Part shown: in pieces, positions 50,250-55,027 of the stretch | Position numbering within the stretch: the stretch's first letter is position 1 | How the letters are laid out: every line of letters begins with the position of its first letter | Translations under genes and position numbers: made by a program | The notes under the pieces: generated by a model | Seen by the model: only the letters and a program-made list of their open reading frames with translations | The model's database searches: none | What the model was told of the DNA's origin: nothing | From: Podarcis melisellensis | Lineage: Eukaryota | DNA length: 55,027 nucleotides | Direction: 5' to 3' (one strand) | Assembly: GCA_964234715.1 (NCBI GenBank) | Contig: OZ174280.1

Positions 50250-50990
50250 CTTAGATGTATTTATTCACTGTTTATCATTTCGTAATACCCAACCAATATA
50301 CAAGGCTAGAACCATAAAAAGATAAAAATCACTGAACAGAAAATACCAGTATGTATGGCTGGAATCACTCATCTGAAAGAAAACATCTTGAAGTTTCAGA
50401 AGCCTAGCATTGCCAGCATTCCTCTAACATCAAAATGGAAATCCAGAAGGTTGGTGCTAGAACACTAAAGGTGACCATGCAAACAGATACAGGAGCATAT
50501 GGTACCTCTACGAATGGCCCTCCTGAGGATTGTAGAGACTGCATTGGTCCATGGAGGAAGTTAGACAGTCTCTCAGAAAGCCAGGGCCCATGTTTACGGA
50601 TTAGCCTGGCAGCACATTGGCAGTCAGTGCAGTGCAACATGCTGTTGGTAGGTCTCTTAGGTCAGCTGCTTAGTAGCTGTATCCTGCACCAACTGCATCT
50701 TCAAGACCAACCTTAAGGACAAAGCCCCACAGAGTGCATTGCAGCAAACCAATCCTGTCATCCACCAGTGGACAGACCACTGTCTCCAAGCTATCCCTAA
50801 CCAGTATGGCCATAGCTGCTGTACCAGCCAAAGTTGATAAAAGGCATTCCTAGCCACTGAGGCCACCTGTACTTGAGTAACAAAGATGGAGCTAGGAGAA
50901 TGCCCAGACTATGCACAGGTTTATTTCAAAGGGAGTGCAAGTCCATCCAGCAGAGGCTACTGATCTTTCCAGGACACAGTAAACACTTGG
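50250..50990 (-). mobile_element. Old L2 LINE fragment
   Basis: Minus strand VASVARNAFYQLWLVQQL, CCNAL...KMQLVQ, TFSVLAPTFW. Confidence 0.75.
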
Positions 50991-51724
50991 CCACAGCACC
51001 CACCCTAAGGGCCTCTGCTTATGGAATTTTGCATTCAATATAGGATTGACTAAGGACCAAATGCATGTTTGCATTTAACATATGTGGCTTGCATGTTTTT
51101 GTTTTTTAAAATTAACAACTGTTTGTGGATTGACAATTAAGTCCCCTACAACATCCCCTCTGGCTTTTGTACAATTAAGGGAATGCTGTTAGTCACCCTG
51201 AGAATTAGAAATCATTATGTCATCCTTTTGCACTGTCTTCTTCATCACTGAAAGAAGCGCCTCACTTTTATTGCTTCACCACTACAACTGTAGGCTGAGG
51301 TTCCATTTCATTGTTACATCCCAGCTATGAAGCCTCTCTTCCAAGCCTTCAAATGCTGAATGATAGAGGGATTTTGAATTAATTGTTTTTTCTTCTTTTG
51401 GAAACTGAACAAGCTGCCACCACAGCTCTTCCAGACCACAACCGCAACTCAGGAAAGCATTTATGAATATGTTGAAATACTTTCAGTGAACTGGGGCATG
51501 AGGCAGTAGGTTATCCTTCATAGCTTAAAGCCACGTAAGGTTAAAAAGCATGCTCCAGTTACTGTGTCACTTTGAAAGACGTTTTGCATCATTGTGTGTA
51601 TGCATGTTAATGTATAATATGCATATATTATGAAAAATGAATATAAAATAAAAATGGGAATATAAGTGGCTATTCAGAGTAACCAGCATGCTTAAACTAC
51701 CTTGTTGATTATAATGTTTTACAG

Positions 51725-51870
51725 TAAAGCCTGAACCTCCATCACATCTGCATATGGATATGACAGACGAAGGACAGTTAAAGATATCTTGGTCTCGCCC
51801 AGCATCAATATCACATCCACTTCAGTATGAAATAAAATGCTTTGCAAATTCAACTGAAAATGTTTGGCAG
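51725..51870 (+). CDS. LEPR: Leptin receptor coding exon 5 (FN3 of CRH1)
   Basis: 146 bp, CAG/GT bounded; VKPEPPSHLHMDMTDEGQLKISWSRP...PLQYEIK. Confidence 0.96.
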
Positions 51871-52700
51871 GTGATGCTTTTCTTGTTCCCAAATTCACTC
51901 TATGAAATAAGCAAGCCAAAGATGAAAGTTAAGTTCTGATCTAGAAAATCCTTGTCTTAATATTAACAGCCTTAACATTTCATTTGTGAGAATTTTGTTA
52001 AAAAAAATAAAATATCAATAATGCACTACAAAAGTTTCTGAACACAAATAGAACTATAGACTTTTTCATGTAACTAATACAAACAGTGATAGTTTCATAT
52101 CATGGCATGGTCCAGTAAACATTGCTGCCAAAGTACTATTGAAATCAATTGAATTAAAGTGATCAAAGGGATTAAAACTCATTACTTGAGTTTTACTGGG
52201 TTGCACTAACATGGTTTGTGCTGTAGGGGCACTGATGCACAAGATTATTACTGGGGGTTGGTTTTTTTTTTAAAGTGAGATTAAGGCAAAATTCACCTTT
52301 AATGGGACCACATAACTTTGGCCTAGCTCAAGCTATTTGTAGAAACGCACTCTTTGAATACATTTTGAACTCTCATGCTAAGCAAGCACAGTTTGGGCCA
52401 GAAACCAAACAGATGTGTGAGCAAATAGAAACCACTTCTGTGTGAACACATTAGGATTGGCAATTCCACCTAATGATGTTCCCCATGTACATTAATCCAA
52501 AAACTACTTGGTGGGTGGTGACTTGAAATGGAGATCTGGAAGAACCTCTAGGTGTACATGGAACTCCTACATGCAGTTCTTTGCATTATGGCCATAATAA
52601 GCCCACATCATATCTGAATGTATGTCTTGGCTTCAAGTTAAAGTGTTGCAAGAGTGGCATTAATAGTGTTGTTCTGTTTGTTTTTGACATAATTTAATAG

Positions 52701-52845
52701 GTGGTTGAGAAGACCAGGGAAACGTCATTGATCATAAGCAATACACTATTTGATTCTTCATATGTAGTTCAAGTCCGATGCAAAAGCCTTTACGGACCAG
52801 GCCTTTGGAGCGACTGGAGCACACCTTATAACTTGAATTTACAAG
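52701..52845 (+). CDS. LEPR: Leptin receptor coding exon 6 with WSXWS motif; gene continues beyond the window
   Basis: 145 bp, TAG/GT bounded; [30 protein letters not shown]. Confidence 0.96.
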
Positions 52846-53381
52846 GTTTGTCCCCGGTGGAAATCTGATTTGCTAGTACTGTGGAAGACAAAGAATGGAC
52901 TATGTGACTCTTGGGGTCCTGTCCAAGCCTACAATCCTATGAATCTCAACATATGATCATTATCTGTTTTGAAAAACATATCCCTATTTGTAAGGCATGA
53001 TGTATGAATACATGTTATAGGAATAATATATGTGTGTGGACTTTCTTCACCAGGCCAGGCTGGGTGGCATGGTTCTGCATCTGGAAACCACAGAACAAGT
53101 CGTACTTTCAAAGAGCAAAATGATTAAAGAGTTCCTGGACATTTCTTACTTAATCCAGTCACTATGCGAAACTGCTTTATGCACATACATTCCCCCCACC
53201 TCCAAACTCAGATTCTAGTTCTCTGAGGGCAGAGCCCAGTTATAGGCACTGAGTGACCACTGAGTAGGAGAATGATACAAGGGATCCTTTTTTTAATGGG
53301 ATATTCCCCCATGAGTTCCTTATCCTACTGAGAAGATGGGAAACTCTCCCACAAGTCTGGATGCTTCCAGGGGATCTACAG

Positions 53382-53573
53382 TACTACTACTACTACTACT
53401 ACTATTATTATTATTAATTATTAATATACTGCCCTATATCCACTGGTCTCAGAGCAGTCTACAGAATAAAATAAAAATACAAAACCACAAAATTCATAAT
53501 TAAAATAAAAACAATAACAACCCAATAACCCCCCCCCCAAAGAAACCCCCCCCCATTTTAAAAGGGCATAGGA
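53382..53573 (-). mobile_element. L2-type 3' tail ending in a (TAC)n(TAT)n microsatellite
   Basis: Similar to 36170-36326; ends AAAAGGGCATAGGA. Confidence 0.65.
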
Positions 53574-55027
53574 AAGAAGGAGGCCAATTTTACTTTTCCC
53601 TCTATGAGCAAATAGCTATCCATTATTATGGTGTGGGGAAAGCACTTGGAGAACACCTTTTTTATGGAAACAGAAAGTGCTTAACTTCTCCACCGGTGAG
53701 TGGGCCAACCCCACTGACAGGCATCAGTGTGCATAGTGTGTCTGAAAGACATGTCTCTCTCCCATTTTCTAAGGAAAGAAAAACTTTTAGGGTGACGGAA
53801 GGATGGGCTGTAATTTTTTCATGCTTTAGTTCTGGCATCATGTTCAGGTGTGAGGAAGGAGAAAACACAATTCCTGTGCTTGTGAATAGGAAAGCATTTT
53901 TCAGTTTCTTTACAAGATCTCAAGGGTATGTTCAGTTTGGATGTGCAGTCAAGGAAAAATAGTCCTGGACCCACTCCTTTGTTTGCCTCTAGCAATTGGC
54001 TTTCCGGACTCCATCCCATTTGCCAGTATATTGTAAGAAACTGTTTCTGGCAATGCACACAGAATGTATGGGAAACAATGTAGTAAAGGATTATAAGTCT
54101 CTAATGCATAAGATGAAATATTAATATTCAGCAAACATGTGCTTTACTGGTCACATACCATGTTGTGATGAGCATGACGAGAACCTTAGGAAGGGTAATA
54201 TCTTCCCTGCAGGGAACTCAGATAGGGCTATTCTCTCAATGGCTAATTCTAGTGTTAAACCAATAGAAAAAGAATTAACCCATTAATGAAATTGTGGCAG
54301 CAAAGAAGCTGTTTTGTATTCACCTCAGTGCATTAACACCAGAAGTACAAAATGCTGGAACTAAACAATTATATATTTATGTATTTAATTAGAATTATGT
54401 TCAGACCTATATTTAACACTGAAGGCTGTACTTAGTGTAAATTGGTAATGCTGCATATTGCAGTGCCTGGTTTGTGGGAACTCCCTCTGAACTGAACTGC
54501 ACTGGAAATTTATTCTTTCATTAAAGAGTTACTATGCAGGAGTCAGCAAGCTAACCCTTTATAGTGAAACACTTCATTGTAGTATTTTGCCAATTAGTGA
54601 TCAAATTGGGTTACTCTGGCAGTGTTTTGTCACCCACCAAAGGATTAAGACCAGTGCTATTTTTCCACAAGAAGAGGTGCCAGAACTCACTATGAACACC
54701 TCCATCATTCACTTAGAATGGCAATGGCACCCACCTGGGAAGTGCCAGGACTAAGTTCCAAAAAATAAACCCTGATTAGGACACTAGGGACAACTGTGCC
54801 TCAATACAATTATTTAACTGTTTTTTCGTGTGACATGCACCCTAAGCTGGGAGTACTAGAATCTGAGCTTGGAGCATATGGACATTTGACCTAAATGTTT
54901 CCATACTATGATCACTTATAGTGATCGCTTGTATTATGATGTTCTGTATCTGCACTGTGTTTGTGTGTGTGTTTTGGAGTCCTCTTGAAGAATAGTATGT
55001 GCATAGCTGTGGGCACCAAAGCGGCAC

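Overview
Vertebrate genomic DNA, very likely a lacertid lizard (Sauria SINE, Squam3-like SINE, BovB, L2 and DNA-transposon MITEs). The only host gene is the 5' part of the leptin receptor (LEPR) on the + strand. A CpG-island promoter and probable non-coding first exon lie at ~17.5-18.6 kb. Six coding exons (34255-52845, 970 nt, phases 1/1/2/1/0/1) encode the signal peptide, N-terminal domain and CRH1 with WSDWS; the gene continues past the window. No intact LEPROT/endospanin exons were found, but a CTG-initiated 'LAGIKA' look-alike of the LEPROT start sits in the CpG island. The most unusual object is a 3,893-bp, very young Ty1/copia-type LTR element in a LEPR intron (45011-48903; 425-bp LTRs with 2 mismatches). 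It carries one uninterrupted ~916-codon Gag-PR-IN ORF, has no reverse transcriptase or RNase H, and shows degenerate catalytic motifs, a TG...GA terminus, an altered PBS and no target-site duplication. All calls are by eye, without database searches.
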